From IMG/VR virus record IMGVR_UViG_2695420676_000011: 38,652 nucleotides of DNA. One strand, given 5' to 3'. The position numbers and the translations under genes are program-made. The notes below the pieces were generated by a model. It saw nothing but the letters and a program-made list of their open reading frames with translations, did no database searches and was not told the DNA's origin. The DNA is from a virus (Duplodnaviria > Heunggongvirae > Uroviricota > Caudoviricetes). Shown here in pieces: positions 10,450 through 19,662 of this stretch; within the stretch, counting starts at the first letter, position 1, and each line of letters starts with the position of its first letter.

Positions 10450-10525
10450 AGTGGCGAACCTCCTGATTGGATTAGGCTTCGCCCTATGTTGAAGTGATTG
10501 TGCCTGACAAACAGCTAAGCGCAGT

Positions 10526-10543
10526 TGTGTCGTTATTCACACA
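10526..10543. promoter_or_regulatory. Candidate Ogr-dependent late promoter element (TGT-N12-ACA) upstream of FI
   Basis: TGTgtcgttattcacACA dyad about 80-95 bp upstream of the FI start codon. Confidence 0.5.
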
Positions 10544-10591
10544 AAATAACGGTATTTGTCTGCTTGCAGGGATAATCAACATAATGCTGAT

Positions 10592-11164
10592 TCAGGGGGA
10601 TTCATTGATCTTATTTGCCGGAAATTTTCTATAAATGGTAGAAACGCCTACATCAAAAATCAGTGCAATACGCTGTATTGATTCTCCGGCCTCGAGTAAA
10701 CGCCCAATCTGTGCCCACTGTTCGGTGGTCAACTTAGGACGGCGTCCACCTACTCTGCCTTTGGCACGAGCTGCAGCCAGCCCTGCCCTGGTACGTTCAA
10801 CTATCAGTTCGCGTTCCATTTCAGCCAGGGCACCCATGACATGAAAAAAGAAACGGCCCATTGGGGTACTGGTATCAATACTGTCAGTCAGGCTTCTGAA
10901 ATTCACACCACGCTGGCGCAACTCTTCTATCAGCGTAACAAGATGCCGCATACTGCGCCCCAACCTGTCCAGCTTCCAGACAACCAGCGTGTCTCCTGCC
11001 GATAGTGTCCTGAGTAGTTTTTTCAGCCCCGGTCTGTCGGACTTAGTGCCACTGATTTTGTCCTCAAAAATCCGCTCACATCCCGCGCAGTTCAGTGCAT
11101 TACGTTGCAAATCGGTGTTCTGGTCATTTGTTGACACGCGTACATAGCCAATAAGCATGATCAT
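10592..11164 (-). CDS. Serine DNA invertase (Hin/Gin/Cin/Pin family)
   Basis: 190-aa product with the IGYVRVSTNDQ catalytic-serine N-terminus and a C-terminal HTH. Confidence 0.9.
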   Translation of the reverse strand: MIMLIGYVRVSTNDQNTDLQRNALNCAGCERIFEDKISGTKSDRPGLKKLLRTLSAGDTLVVWKLDRLGRSMRHLVTLIEELRQRGVNFRSLTDSIDTSTPMGRFFFHVMGALAEMERELIVERTRAGLAAARAKGRVGGRRPKLTTEQWAQIGRLLEAGESIQRIALIFDVGVSTIYRKFPANKINESP

Positions 11165-11185
11165 CCCCCTGAATAAAAACCGGAG

Positions 11186-11521
11186 ATGATGCCAGTTAGC
11201 TGGTACCTCTGCATTTTCTTAAACGTTGGTTTTGGAGAAGGTGCTAACTGGGTTATGTTACCTGGAGGAATGATAATTCAGCGTGTTTATCTTGGATTTC
11301 CTATTGGCACCAATGCAAGACACATAACTTTCCCCCGGTCGTTTACAACAACGAACTATTCCATCTCAATTAACTGGAATGATATCGGTACTGTAACAAC
11401 TGAAACACAATCACCAGCAAATGTGGCGGTTGTTCATCAAACAAAATCATTAACAGGGGCCAGCATCTGGCAGGCAGGTCCCGGGGGATTTAATGTGGAC
11501 ATTATAGCGGTGGGGTATTGA
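11186..11521 (+). CDS. Alternative (silent) tail-fibre C-terminal cassette
   Basis: Plus-strand ORF running out of the left crossover site (FGEGANW junction), lacking its own N-terminus. Confidence 0.55.
   Translation: MMPVSWYLCIFLNVGFGEGANWVMLPGGMIIQRVYLGFPIGTNARHITFPRSFTTTNYSISINWNDIGTVTTETQSPANVAVVHQTKSLTGASIWQAGPGGFNVDIIAVGY
11216..11244. repeat. Invertase crossover site (hix/gix-like), left
   Basis: ttcttaaacgttggttttggagaaggtgc; the 17-nt core ggttttggagaaggtgc recurs inverted at 12955-12971 with one mismatch. Confidence 0.6.
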
Positions 11522-11522
11522 T

Positions 11523-11951
11523 ATGTACGTATGGAGCGCTAAATCAAATGGCTTTTTCCCCATATCGGAGAAAGAAAAATTTGAGGCATCAGGTCTGTGG
11601 CCTGATGATGGTGTAATAGTCAGTGAGGAAGAACATAAAAAGTTATTTATGGATATTCCACCAGGAAAACAGATTGGAACACTGAATGGAAAACCAGCAC
11701 TGATAGATATTCCTCAGCCGACCAAAAAGGAATTAATAGCTATTGCTGAAGTTAAAAAATCCCAATTACGGGAAAAAGCTGACAGTGAAATATCCTGGCG
11801 TCAGGATGCTGTTGATGCTGATATCGCAACTGATGAAGAAACTTCAACTCTCACCGAATGGAAGAAATACCGTGTGCTGCTGATGCGTGTTGATACTTCA
11901 ACAGCACCCGATATTGAATGGCCTACGCCTCCGGCAGTTCAGGCCAGATGA
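11523..11951 (+). CDS. Alternative tail fibre assembly chaperone (Tfa/gpG family), inverted cassette
   Basis: 142-aa ORF immediately after the silent fibre cassette; C-terminus ([14 protein letters not shown]) parallels that of the minus-strand Tfa. Confidence 0.6.
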   Translation: MYVWSAKSNGFFPISEKEKFEASGLWPDDGVIVSEEEHKKLFMDIPPGKQIGTLNGKPALIDIPQPTKKELIAIAEVKKSQLREKADSEISWRQDAVDADIATDEETSTLTEWKKYRVLLMRVDTSTAPDIEWPTPPAVQAR

Positions 11952-12516
11952 CATCCGGCGCGGTGCTGGTATCTGTTGCCGTCACCGCGTCAATGTAATC
12001 CAGCACGGTGTTAAGTCGGGTTGTTTCTGCCTGAGTCAGTTTCCGTCCGGCCTGTAATTTCAGCTGAATCAGACTAATGGAAGCCATTACTGCATCAATC
12101 AGTGACTGGCGCTGTGCTTCTGCTGCTTCTACTGCGGCGTTATGCTGTGCCTCAGTATCTGTCACCCATTTCTCACCATCCCATTTATCATATGGCGTTA
12201 ACGGTGAAAGCGTGACATAACCGTTTTTGATGGCACCGATATAATCCACTGTAACAGCTGCGCCATTTTCTGTTGAGTAAACAGTCTCATTGCGATGGTC
12301 TTCTTCATGGCTCCATCCCTTACCCGTAAATACTGCCACTTTCCCCGGAATGTTTTCGCCCGGGTCAATACCAGTGGAACAGGCGGGCATACTTACGCCA
12401 GTATTAATATATTCATCAGACCAGCCCGTATACTCAGATGTTTCAGCATCATAATAAAAACAACGCATATCGCCCGGCACTGTGGCCAGCCCATTTTCAT
12501 CAAAAACAGGTTTCAT
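11923..12516 (-). CDS. G: Tail fibre assembly chaperone (gpG/Tfa family), expressed cassette
   Basis: 197-aa ORF directly downstream of the tail-fibre gene, ending [15 protein letters not shown]. Confidence 0.75.
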   Translation of the reverse strand: MKPVFDENGLATVPGDMRCFYYDAETSEYTGWSDEYINTGVSMPACSTGIDPGENIPGKVAVFTGKGWSHEEDHRNETVYSTENGAAVTVDYIGAIKNGYVTLSPLTPYDKWDGEKWVTDTEAQHNAAVEAAEAQRQSLIDAVMASISLIQLKLQAGRKLTQAETTRLNTVLDYIDAVTATDTSTAPDVIWPELPEA

Positions 12517-13541
12517 TATTTAGCCCTCACCAGAAAGTTAAATGCAATATTTCGCGGTCTGACAGCAACAAAATTCACACCATCACCCACAGAGTTACTG
12601 GTGAAATTAAATCGTGAAAATCCTGGCTGATTTCCGGCGATGCCATCATGAAAGTTAATTGCGTGTCCCGCACCTCCGCCTATATTCCCGGCAAACTGAG
12701 AAAAGTTTGTAGCTTCCTGCCAGCTTAATAATTCGCGACCACCGTCTGCACCTCGCCCGTCATCCCAGATACGAATGAAATCACCGCGGGCTTCAGGTAA
12801 TACCAGCGAAGGAAATACTTTCGCCAGCACAGGATAATCAGTGGCAGAGAATTTCGCGCCGTTGAACTTCAAAAACACCATACTGGACCAGCTGTCGATT
12901 ACAGTATTTGGCATTGCAGCGGACGGCCAGAAGAACGGAACGCCAATAGCTGGAGCACCTTCTCCCAAACCAAGGTATGTGAGAAGACCAGCTACATCCT
13001 TTCCACTCAAATTGGTAAGCGTATTGTCCAGCGGTTGTTTACCTGCCAGCGCATTAAGCATTGTCGTGGCAAAGTTCGGATCATTCCCCAGTGCCGCCGC
13101 CAGTTCGTTCAGTGTATCCAGTGCAGCAGGTGCAGAACCCACCATTCCTGCAATCGCCGATTTCACAAAAGCCGTAGTGGCAATCTGTGTATTGTTGACC
13201 GACTGCGCCGCCGTGGGGGCTGTTGGCGTTCCGGTGAGTGCCGGACTCGACAACGGTGCTTTTAGTGCCAGCGCATTGTTAATGGTGGTACTGAAATTCG
13301 GATCATTGTTAATGGCTGCGGCTATTTCTTTCAGCGTGTCCAGCGTGGCTGGCGCACCATTAATAAGGGCCGTCAGTGCCGCCTGTACAAACGCAGTGGT
13401 CGCAACCTGCGTGGTATTATTCCCCGCCGCTGGCGTTGGCGCTTTGGGGGTTCCGGTAAATGTCGGGCTGGCTTTTGGCGCGTACTGTGAATGCGGGTCC
13501 GGTGCGGCAAGATGTTTTGCCATCTGATCATCCGCGTACAC
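12516..13541 (-). CDS. H: Tail fibre protein gpH, C-terminal segment (frameshifted relative to N-terminal segment)
   Basis: 341-aa repeat-rich ORF with no proper start, abutting 13544..14020 in a different frame. Confidence 0.7.
   Translation of the reverse strand: MYADDQMAKHLAAPDPHSQYAPKASPTFTGTPKAPTPAAGNNTTQVATTAFVQAALTALINGAPATLDTLKEIAAAINNDPNFSTTINNALALKAPLSSPALTGTPTAPTAAQSVNNTQIATTAFVKSAIAGMVGSAPAALDTLNELAAALGNDPNFATTMLNALAGKQPLDNTLTNLSGKDVAGLLTYLGLGEGAPAIGVPFFWPSAAMPNTVIDSWSSMVFLKFNGAKFSATDYPVLAKVFPSLVLPEARGDFIRIWDDGRGADGGRELLSWQEATNFSQFAGNIGGGAGHAINFHDGIAGNQPGFSRFNFTSNSVGDGVNFVAVRPRNIAFNFLVRAK
12955..12985. repeat. Invertase crossover site, right (inside the tail-fibre gene)
   Basis: Reverse complement gives ggtttgggagaaggtgc; encodes the GLGEGA junction of the tail fibre. 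Confidence 0.6.
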
Positions 13542-13543
13542 CT

Positions 13544-14020
13544 TCAGCTCCAGTGCCTTGTCTCCACATACTTGCGGGTTGCCAGCACTACAGCAGGGTC
13601 GATTTTCAGGGTGATATTGTCCGTGCTGCTGGTAATCAGCACCATGCGCACGGTCTGAGTGCGCCCGCTACCTTCAGCCAGTTGCGGCTTATAGCTTTCC
13701 GGGCAGTTGCCCACGGCAATCAATGCCCCGGACTCATCAAACAAGCCCACTTCACGTATCCACCAACCGCCCTCGTTTTCAGGGATCACCTGTTCGGCAA
13801 TAATCTGGCTGCTGTTCTGCGGGTCGATATAAAGCATATTCAGCGCAGCCCGGCGTTTCTCATTTACCAGTGCCGTCTGCTTTGCGTCCGGCGTTGGCAA
13901 TACTCCACCGCCATCGCCCACCGCCATATGGGTAATTTTTAGCGGCACACCGAGCGCGGCGGCGCTGGCAAGTTTCGCCGCGCCAATATCCGTCAGCAGG
14001 GTATAAAATTTTGTGCTCAT
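13544..14020 (-). CDS. H: Tail fibre protein gpH, N-terminal segment (truncated by apparent 1-bp deletion)
   Basis: 158-aa product starting MSTKFYTLLTDIGAAKLA, resembling the P2 gpH N-terminus; ends ...YVETRHWS* where P2 has YVDDK. Confidence 0.7.
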   Translation of the reverse strand: MSTKFYTLLTDIGAAKLASAAALGVPLKITHMAVGDGGGVLPTPDAKQTALVNEKRRAALNMLYIDPQNSSQIIAEQVIPENEGGWWIREVGLFDESGALIAVGNCPESYKPQLAEGSGRTQTVRMVLITSSTDNITLKIDPAVVLATRKYVETRHWS

Positions 14021-14622
14021 GGATTCACTCTCATTGTGTCAATAACATGGACCGCCCCGCCTTCATGCGCGGTGCCACCGGAAATAATCGTTTCGTTGAT
14101 ATACGGATAGATCGTGATTTCTTCGCCAAGATAGCTGGCGGCTCCCACCCAATGCGGGCCGCTGGTCTGCAGATTGATGGACATGCCGATCATGTGGCGG
14201 CTACATGGTTTGGCATCGCTTATCAGTCGCTCAAGTTCCAGATAGGTATCTTCAGTGATGCCCTGGTCCTGCACGCCGATATCCAGGCGAAACGTGCCCG
14301 GTGTTTCTCCGGTCTGCCACCACTCAATAATGCGGATCAGGAATCCGAACGGCTCCACCACCCGCCGCACGGCACTGGTGGTCCCTTTATGCTGATGAAT
14401 ATAAAAAGCATCCTTCACCACCTGGCGCTTGACGCTTTCTGTCCAGCCCTCGTCCCAGCGATCCACAGAGAACGCCCAGGCGAGATAAGGCAGGAAACTG
14501 ACCGGACAGGTTGCCGGATTCCACAAGTCACGAAGCGGCACCTGCAGATCAGAAATCCCGCTGCAGGTTTGCGCCAGTCGGCGCTCCAGTGGTGTTGAAC
14601 CCGGTGGCAGCAAACTATTCAT
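14017..14622 (-). CDS. I: Baseplate protein gpI
   Basis: 201-aa ORF in the P2 gpI position, overlapping neighbours by a few bases. Confidence 0.8.
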   Translation of the reverse strand: MNSLLPPGSTPLERRLAQTCSGISDLQVPLRDLWNPATCPVSFLPYLAWAFSVDRWDEGWTESVKRQVVKDAFYIHQHKGTTSAVRRVVEPFGFLIRIIEWWQTGETPGTFRLDIGVQDQGITEDTYLELERLISDAKPCSRHMIGMSINLQTSGPHWVGAASYLGEEITIYPYINETIISGGTAHEGGAVHVIDTMRVNP

Positions 14623-15523
14623 CCGTTCCTCCGTTGGTTACGCTCCACTGCGTACATGATGCCGCCTGTGTTTTGTTCAGGACCACATCCGCCAGAGGAG
14701 AAGCCAGCTCCACACGCTGCACCCCCTCAACATGCAGGGCGGCAAAGATGGCGCTACGGCGAATATCCCGACCAAGACGCGTCTGACTGGCGATGTACTT
14801 CTGCAGGCTGGCTTTTGCCGCTGCCATTACCGGCTCTGCTTCCGGTCCAGGATAGAGAAAAATGGTGGCTTCCACGCGATACGGGATGATTTCTGCGCTG
14901 CAAACCGTAAGACGGTCAGCCACCGGGCGGACGTTCTCACTGTTCAGAGCTTTTTCCACCACGTCCAGCAGGTCTTTTTCTGCAGTTCCATCGCCTTCGC
15001 GGCTAAGGACAGTCAGCACCACCTCTGCAGGTGCCGGGCTGGTTGCACTGGCATCCGCCACCCGACCGTCGGCGCTTCGGGCATGAAATTCATAAGCTGC
15101 AGTTGGCCCCGCAACAGAAAGCCCTTCAAAGGCTGCAGGCACACGCAGGCGTAACGCTTCATCGCTTTCCATCACAGCTGCAACGGGCGGCACAGCATCA
15201 TTATCAGCAGGCGTCACCGTCAGGCGTGTCACGTTGTAGTTGGCAGCGAGCTGGTCAAGATCGCCGCCCATCGCGTAAGCCACCATCACCGCCTGCGCGG
15301 CTTCGTTAATGCGCTGGCGCAGAAGCAACTCACGGTAAGCATTCTCCTGCAACAATTTAGTGGCGGGTTCAGATTCCAGTTCCAGCGTGCGGATCACTGC
15401 TTCCTGCTCATCTTTCGGATGAAGCGCCACAAATTCTGCCTTGCGTTCGGCAAGCAGCGTCTCAAAGTCCGGCACATCCACAATCTGCGGTGCAGGCAAC
15501 TGCGAAAGGTCAATCACTGCCAT
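14615..15523 (-). CDS. J: Baseplate protein gpJ
   Basis: Product starting MAVIDLSQLPAPQIV, like P2 gpJ; start moved to the internal Met with an AGGAG RBS. Confidence 0.85.
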   Translation of the reverse strand: MAVIDLSQLPAPQIVDVPDFETLLAERKAEFVALHPKDEQEAVIRTLELESEPATKLLQENAYRELLLRQRINEAAQAVMVAYAMGGDLDQLAANYNVTRLTVTPADNDAVPPVAAVMESDEALRLRVPAAFEGLSVAGPTAAYEFHARSADGRVADASATSPAPAEVVLTVLSREGDGTAEKDLLDVVEKALNSENVRPVADRLTVCSAEIIPYRVEATIFLYPGPEAEPVMAAAKASLQKYIASQTRLGRDIRRSAIFAALHVEGVQRVELASPLADVVLNKTQAASCTQWSVTNGGTDE

Positions 15524-15869
15524 TCTCTGCTCCTGTTGATACGGAAAGGGACACAGGCACACCGTTATTCCGCCGCCCGGTCAGCTCCACCACCATTGAA
15601 CCGTCAAAATTGCTGTTGATGGTGATGGAATCCAGCGTCAACCGTGGCTCCCAGCGACTCAGCGCCACATACACTGCCGACATGACCTGCAGGCGTAATG
15701 CCGGATTTTGTGGCTGATCTATCAGTGCCGACAGCAGGGAACCATATTCCCGGCGGGCAATACGGCTACCCTGCGGTGTCAGCAGAATGTCCCGCACCGA
15801 CTGGCGCAGATGATCAATATCAGTAATGACTTTGCCGCTGGTATTGTTCATCCCGCTATAAAGCGTCAT
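15510..15869 (-). CDS. W: Baseplate protein gpW
   Basis: 119-aa ORF between V and J. Confidence 0.8.
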   Translation of the reverse strand: MTLYSGMNNTSGKVITDIDHLRQSVRDILLTPQGSRIARREYGSLLSALIDQPQNPALRLQVMSAVYVALSRWEPRLTLDSITINSNFDGSMVVELTGRRNNGVPVSLSVSTGAENGSD

Positions 15870-16444
15870 ACCGGGCCTCCGGTTGTATCGCCGCCTTTCA
15901 GGACGCCAGTATGCTGATGCGCATCAACCACGATCCCGTTAGAACTCATCGCTCCGCCGCCCTGGGTAACGCCACCATTGATCACCACTTCGCTGTTAAT
16001 GCGCGTGCGGTCAGCCTCCAGTACAAACTCACTGGTTTTCATGGTGATGTTGTCAGCAGCCTCAATGACCATTGATTTGATGCCCCTGACATACCAGCGC
16101 CCGGTGGCGGGTTCGTATTCAAACCAGCCACCGTCAGGATGTTCTGTCACGCAGGCGTCCGCCGACGTCGACGGTGGTGCGAACTGATTCGAATAGACAG
16201 CGGGCAGCGCAAAGGCGGTTTCCAGATTGCCGCCCAGACTCAGCAGCACCACCTGCTCACCTTCCGATGGTCGCCACCATGTACGGGCATTCCCGGCACG
16301 CAGCGTCAGCCAGCTGATCCAGTTGGTTTCAAGCTCGCCCGTTTTCACCCGGCAAAGCCAGTTTTCCCTGTCCACTTCGGTGACTACCCCTGTGCGGATC
16401 AGGTTGGTGATAAGGCGCATGATTTCGGTTAATTGTGCGTTCAT
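15866..16444 (-). CDS. V: Baseplate spike protein gpV
   Basis: 192-aa ORF, first gene after a late-promoter element. Confidence 0.8.
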   Translation of the reverse strand: MNAQLTEIMRLITNLIRTGVVTEVDRENWLCRVKTGELETNWISWLTLRAGNARTWWRPSEGEQVVLLSLGGNLETAFALPAVYSNQFAPPSTSADACVTEHPDGGWFEYEPATGRWYVRGIKSMVIEAADNITMKTSEFVLEADRTRINSEVVINGGVTQGGGAMSSNGIVVDAHQHTGVLKGGDTTGGPV

Positions 16445-16490
16445 AGGGAAAGGTTGCCATCAGGGGAAGAAAGGCGGCAGTGCTGCAACT

Positions 16491-16508
16491 TGTATCAGTG
16501 CTGATACA
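16491..16508. promoter_or_regulatory. Candidate Ogr-dependent late promoter element (TGT-N12-ACA) upstream of V
   Basis: TGTatcagtgctgatACA dyad in the 68-bp S-V intergenic gap. Confidence 0.5.
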
Positions 16509-16512
16509 AAGA

Positions 16513-16959
16513 TCACCCCGCCAGCCATTGCAGAATCATGTCGCGGGTCATTGCCTCAACATCATCATTTACACCCAGAAGGCGACGCTCTGCGTAACGC
16601 ACCTCCGGTCCCTTACGACTGACGCGATCTCGCAGGCCGTAATGGTGAACGCGGGCAATGCGCTGCACCTTGCCTTCAAACTGCACGCTGGCAGAGTCGG
16701 TGCTGGCGGCAGTTTTCAGGTATTTTGTGGTGCGCAGCTTTGCAAACATCTGACGTTTGATACGGCCTTTTTTACTGCGTGCTGTTACCCGTCGCGGTTC
16801 ATAGCTGCTGCCGTCAGGGTTGCGCTGCATCCTGATATTCTGCTGCTGTGTCCGGCGAAGTTCCTGCGCCAGCTGGCGCATCATGCGGCTTCTCGAGGCT
16901 GGTTCCAGATTCGCCAGCAAGGCACTCAGCCAGTCGTCCACCTTCTGCAGTTCAGCCAC
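16513..16959 (-). CDS. S: Tail completion protein gpS
   Basis: 148-aa ORF in the P2 gpS position. Confidence 0.8.
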   Translation of the reverse strand: MAELQKVDDWLSALLANLEPASRSRMMRQLAQELRRTQQQNIRMQRNPDGSSYEPRRVTARSKKGRIKRQMFAKLRTTKYLKTAASTDSASVQFEGKVQRIARVHHYGLRDRVSRKGPEVRYAERRLLGVNDDVEAMTRDMILQWLAG

Positions 16960-17404
16960 GTTTCACCGTCCACATTTCTTCAGGTGCATCAGGTTCCGCT
17001 ATAGCTTCAACGCTCGACACACTGCCGTCAGTGCTGACCAGCACACGTTCCGTCAGTTGCAGGTTCAGGCTGATATCACAGACATCGTTGCGCAGAATAT
17101 CCACCTCAAAGGTGAATAGCTTTTCCCGTAACGCCGGGTTATTGATGGCATCGGGCTGGTTATCCCTCAGCCACAGCAAAACCGGGGCCATCAGCAGATT
17201 CTGGTCGCCGCTGAAATCCTCAATCACCGCGTTCAGTGTGTAACGGTACTCCCACGACATGGAGCTGGCCCCCGTGGCAACCAGCGAACCGTTATCCACA
17301 AACAGATGCAGTTTGTCCGGGTTATTGCGGACATAAGGCACCGCTTTATTGAGGGCGTGGCGCAGGGATTGTGGTTTGTTCACTGTTTCGCTCCTGACAC
17401 GCAA
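16952..17404 (-). CDS. R: Tail completion protein gpR
   Basis: 150-aa ORF in the P2 gpR position. Confidence 0.8.
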   Translation of the reverse strand: MRVRSETVNKPQSLRHALNKAVPYVRNNPDKLHLFVDNGSLVATGASSMSWEYRYTLNAVIEDFSGDQNLLMAPVLLWLRDNQPDAINNPALREKLFTFEVDILRNDVCDISLNLQLTERVLVSTDGSVSSVEAIAEPDAPEEMWTVKRG

Positions 17405-17636
17405 TAATCATGTCCACTTTGTCTGCACAGACCGCCCAGGCGGCCTCCGTTTCATCCAGCAACGCGTTCAGATCACCGTTAGTGCGCGGCGTTGCCTGAT
17501 CCAGCCGACACGGCGTCACTCGCGGACAACCACTGACGGTAAGCCATACCTCCGGTGAGTGCCGGACGTTTCCGCAGCCGGATAATGTCAGCAGGCAAAG
17601 GAGTATCAGCCCAGCGGCGTAAATCCTCGTTCTCAC
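17346..17636 (-). CDS. lysC: Outer-membrane spanin lipoprotein (LysC/Rz1-like)
   Basis: Signal peptide with lipobox LTLSGC and a Pro-rich tail; embedded out of frame in the 3' end of lysB. Confidence 0.65.
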   Translation of the reverse strand: MRTRIYAAGLILLCLLTLSGCGNVRHSPEVWLTVSGCPRVTPCRLDQATPRTNGDLNALLDETEAAWAVCADKVDMIIACQERNSEQTTIPAPRPQ

Positions 17637-17907
17637 GTTTCAGTTCCTCGATCCGGTGTTGTCGTTGTCTCAGCAGCGTGCTGGTCTGTTCTGCTTCGGC
17701 ATAGAGCCGCGCCTGCTCCCGGTTATTGGTTTCAGTCAGAATGGACAGGCTGATAAGCTGGCTGTTGCTCTTTGCCAGTGCCTGGCTTTTGCTCTGCAGC
17801 TCGTCTGCCTGCGTGCTGATGGTCTGGCTGGCATCAGCCAGCCGCCACGTCTGCCAGCCCAGCGCCGCCAGTAATAACGCCAGCACAACCAGCAGCAACC
17901 GGTTCAT
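17479..17907 (-). CDS. lysB: Inner-membrane spanin (LysB/Rz-like)
   Basis: N-terminal transmembrane segment followed by a coiled-coil-like region. Confidence 0.75.
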   Translation of the reverse strand: MNRLLLVVLALLLAALGWQTWRLADASQTISTQADELQSKSQALAKSNSQLISLSILTETNNREQARLYAEAEQTSTLLRQRQHRIEELKRENEDLRRWADTPLPADIIRLRKRPALTGGMAYRQWLSASDAVSAGSGNAAH

Positions 17908-18281
17908 GCTGCTACCTGTTTCGCCATCTGATTACGGGTGATCCAGAAGGCAATAACGGTCAGTAGATAAAAGACCAGGGTAATAGCCCACCCCGTCCAG
18001 GCGAGACTTACAACAATCAGCAATCGCATCACCCAACTGATAAATACGTTTTCTTTTCGGGTAATTGTCTTCAGTAAAGATGCCCTTAACTCCTGCCAGA
18101 GCGGGCCATTCTTAATTAACGCAGCCAGTGCTACCGGAATTACCGCCCATGTCAGCAAACAGGCTACCCAAACGCCGGACGCTGCCAGTACCGGAAAAAT
18201 CCCCTGCGGATACACCATTGCTGCGATTAACAGCGCCATCCATAACATCAGAAACAGTCCGCTGATTAATTTCTTTTTCAT
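17904..18281 (-). CDS. lysA: Lysis-timing membrane protein LysA
   Basis: Multi-pass membrane protein; start moved to MKKKLISG with a GGAG RBS, abutting the K stop. Confidence 0.7.
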   Translation of the reverse strand: MKKKLISGLFLMLWMALLIAAMVYPQGIFPVLAASGVWVACLLTWAVIPVALAALIKNGPLWQELRASLLKTITRKENVFISWVMRLLIVVSLAWTGWAITLVFYLLTVIAFWITRNQMAKQVAA

Positions 18282-18282
18282 T

Positions 18283-18795
18283 TCAGTTTGCTCCCTGTAA
18301 ACACCAGGCCATCTCCCGCGCACGGCGGTTATCCAGCCCCTGATTAAACACACCTTTTACATAAACCCAGCGCGGCAACTGTCGGCACGCATCCGCCCAG
18401 AGCCGCTGATTGAGTAATTTCACCAGTGTGGAACTGCAGGCATTGCCCGTTCCCACGTTGAAGGCAAACGACACCACCGCGTCATACACCTTTTGCGGCG
18501 GCTGTTGCTTCACACACCTTTCCAGTGCCCGCTCCACACGCAGCACGTTGGAAATCAGCCCTTCTGCTGCCTGTCGTTCCGTGATTGTTTTGCCGGGAAT
18601 GACGCCCGATGTATTACCAATGCCGTCGGTCCAGACACCTGCACTGCACTGATACGGCTGCAGACGGCAGCCTTCGTAATCGGCAATTAGTTTCAGCCCC
18701 TCCACGGAGGTGTGAAGCTGCTGAAAACCCGGCAACGTAGCTGCAATAGCCAGCACGGCCCCGACAAGGCAGCGTTTAACGATTGATGGATTCAT
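18283..18795 (-). CDS. K: Endolysin gpK (lysozyme-type, N-terminal signal-anchor)
   Basis: 170-aa product with a hydrophobic N-terminus, in the P2 K position. Confidence 0.8.
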   Translation of the reverse strand: MNPSIVKRCLVGAVLAIAATLPGFQQLHTSVEGLKLIADYEGCRLQPYQCSAGVWTDGIGNTSGVIPGKTITERQAAEGLISNVLRVERALERCVKQQPPQKVYDAVVSFAFNVGTGNACSSTLVKLLNQRLWADACRQLPRWVYVKGVFNQGLDNRRAREMAWCLQGAN

Positions 18796-18991
18796 AGTCC
18801 TCCCGCGAGATCTGCCCGTCGCGCAGAAGCTGGTAGGCTTTATGTTTGTAGTACCAGTTGATAGCCAGCATCAGCACACCAATCATCAGGCCGCCCAGCG
18901 TTGAGGCATCCTTGATGGACAAATCGCCCAGCCAGGCCAGCACGACGGCGATGCAATACGTGATAAAGGCGCTGATTCGCTCAAGCGTCAT
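18776..18991 (-). CDS. Y: Holin (gpY position)
   Basis: 71-aa protein with two hydrophobic segments and a charged C-terminus, directly upstream of the endolysin. Confidence 0.7.
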   Translation of the reverse strand: MTLERISAFITYCIAVVLAWLGDLSIKDASTLGGLMIGVLMLAINWYYKHKAYQLLRDGQISREDYESINR

Positions 18992-18994
18992 AAT

Positions 18995-19198
18995 TCAGTC
19001 CCATAGCTGGACGGTCTGCACGGTGGTGGTGGTCGGAATGTCCGGCAGCTCCACCTGCAGCCCGTGAGGTAAAAAGGGGCCGTATTCGGCAAGCCCCGGA
19101 TTTGCCTTCAGTACCTGCTCCGTGACACCCTGCGTGCGCCCGTAATGACGCCAGCAAAGTGCGTCCACCGTGTCATACTGATGCGCACGCACTTTCAT
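18995..19198 (-). CDS. X: Tail protein gpX
   Basis: 67-aa ORF between L and the holin, as in P2. Confidence 0.75.
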   Translation of the reverse strand: MKVRAHQYDTVDALCWRHYGRTQGVTEQVLKANPGLAEYGPFLPHGLQVELPDIPTTTTVQTVQLWD

Positions 19199-19662
19199 CA
19201 GATAAGCTCCACTGTGCAGTGCGGCGCATCCTGCACCCGGCTGATGGCCCAGCGGGCGTCACGCCATAAATCACCGCTTGCTTCCGCCAGTTCCTCGCCT
19301 CGCTTCGCACCGGATGCCGTGGCGTCATAGTCCTGGTAACGTTCGTTGAGCATGGCGCGTGCCCAGCAGTAAACCGCGTTGAAATAGTGCTGAATGCGCT
19401 CGCTTTTGCCGTCCAGTTGTTCCGCCGGGACTTCTGCCAGCGAGGCATACCCCAGCATCTGCTGGCGTCTGCGAAACTCATACAGCTCTGCGTTGACCTC
19501 CGAAATTGCCGACAGCGCAACCTGCTTTAAACGCGGCTGCGTCACCGTGCCGTCAGTGCGCATGACACTGCGAAACTCCGACAGGTCCACATCAGGCCAG
19601 AACGGCGTATTTCTGATGATTTCCGCCTGTTCCGGTGCCTGTTCTGGCGCAACAAACTTCAT
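19198..19662 (-). CDS. L: Head completion protein gpL
   Basis: Start placed at MKFVAPEQ, preceded by an AGGAGAAAG RBS; the ORF track offers an upstream start at 19725. Confidence 0.75.
   Translation of the reverse strand: MKFVAPEQAPEQAEIIRNTPFWPDVDLSEFRSVMRTDGTVTQPRLKQVALSAISEVNAELYEFRRRQQMLGYASLAEVPAEQLDGKSERIQHYFNAVYCWARAMLNERYQDYDATASGAKRGEELAEASGDLWRDARWAISRVQDAPHCTVELI

Larger units (their letters stand above)
11229..12971. other. Invertible tail-fibre host-range segment
   Basis: Bounded by the inverted crossover sites; carries two opposed tail-fibre C-terminus plus assembly-chaperone cassettes. Confidence 0.6.

Noticed and set aside
12841-13527. 228-aa plus-strand ORF antisense to the tail fibre gene
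   Set aside because: Ala/Gly/Ser-rich mirror of the repeat-rich fibre coding sequence; no independent support.
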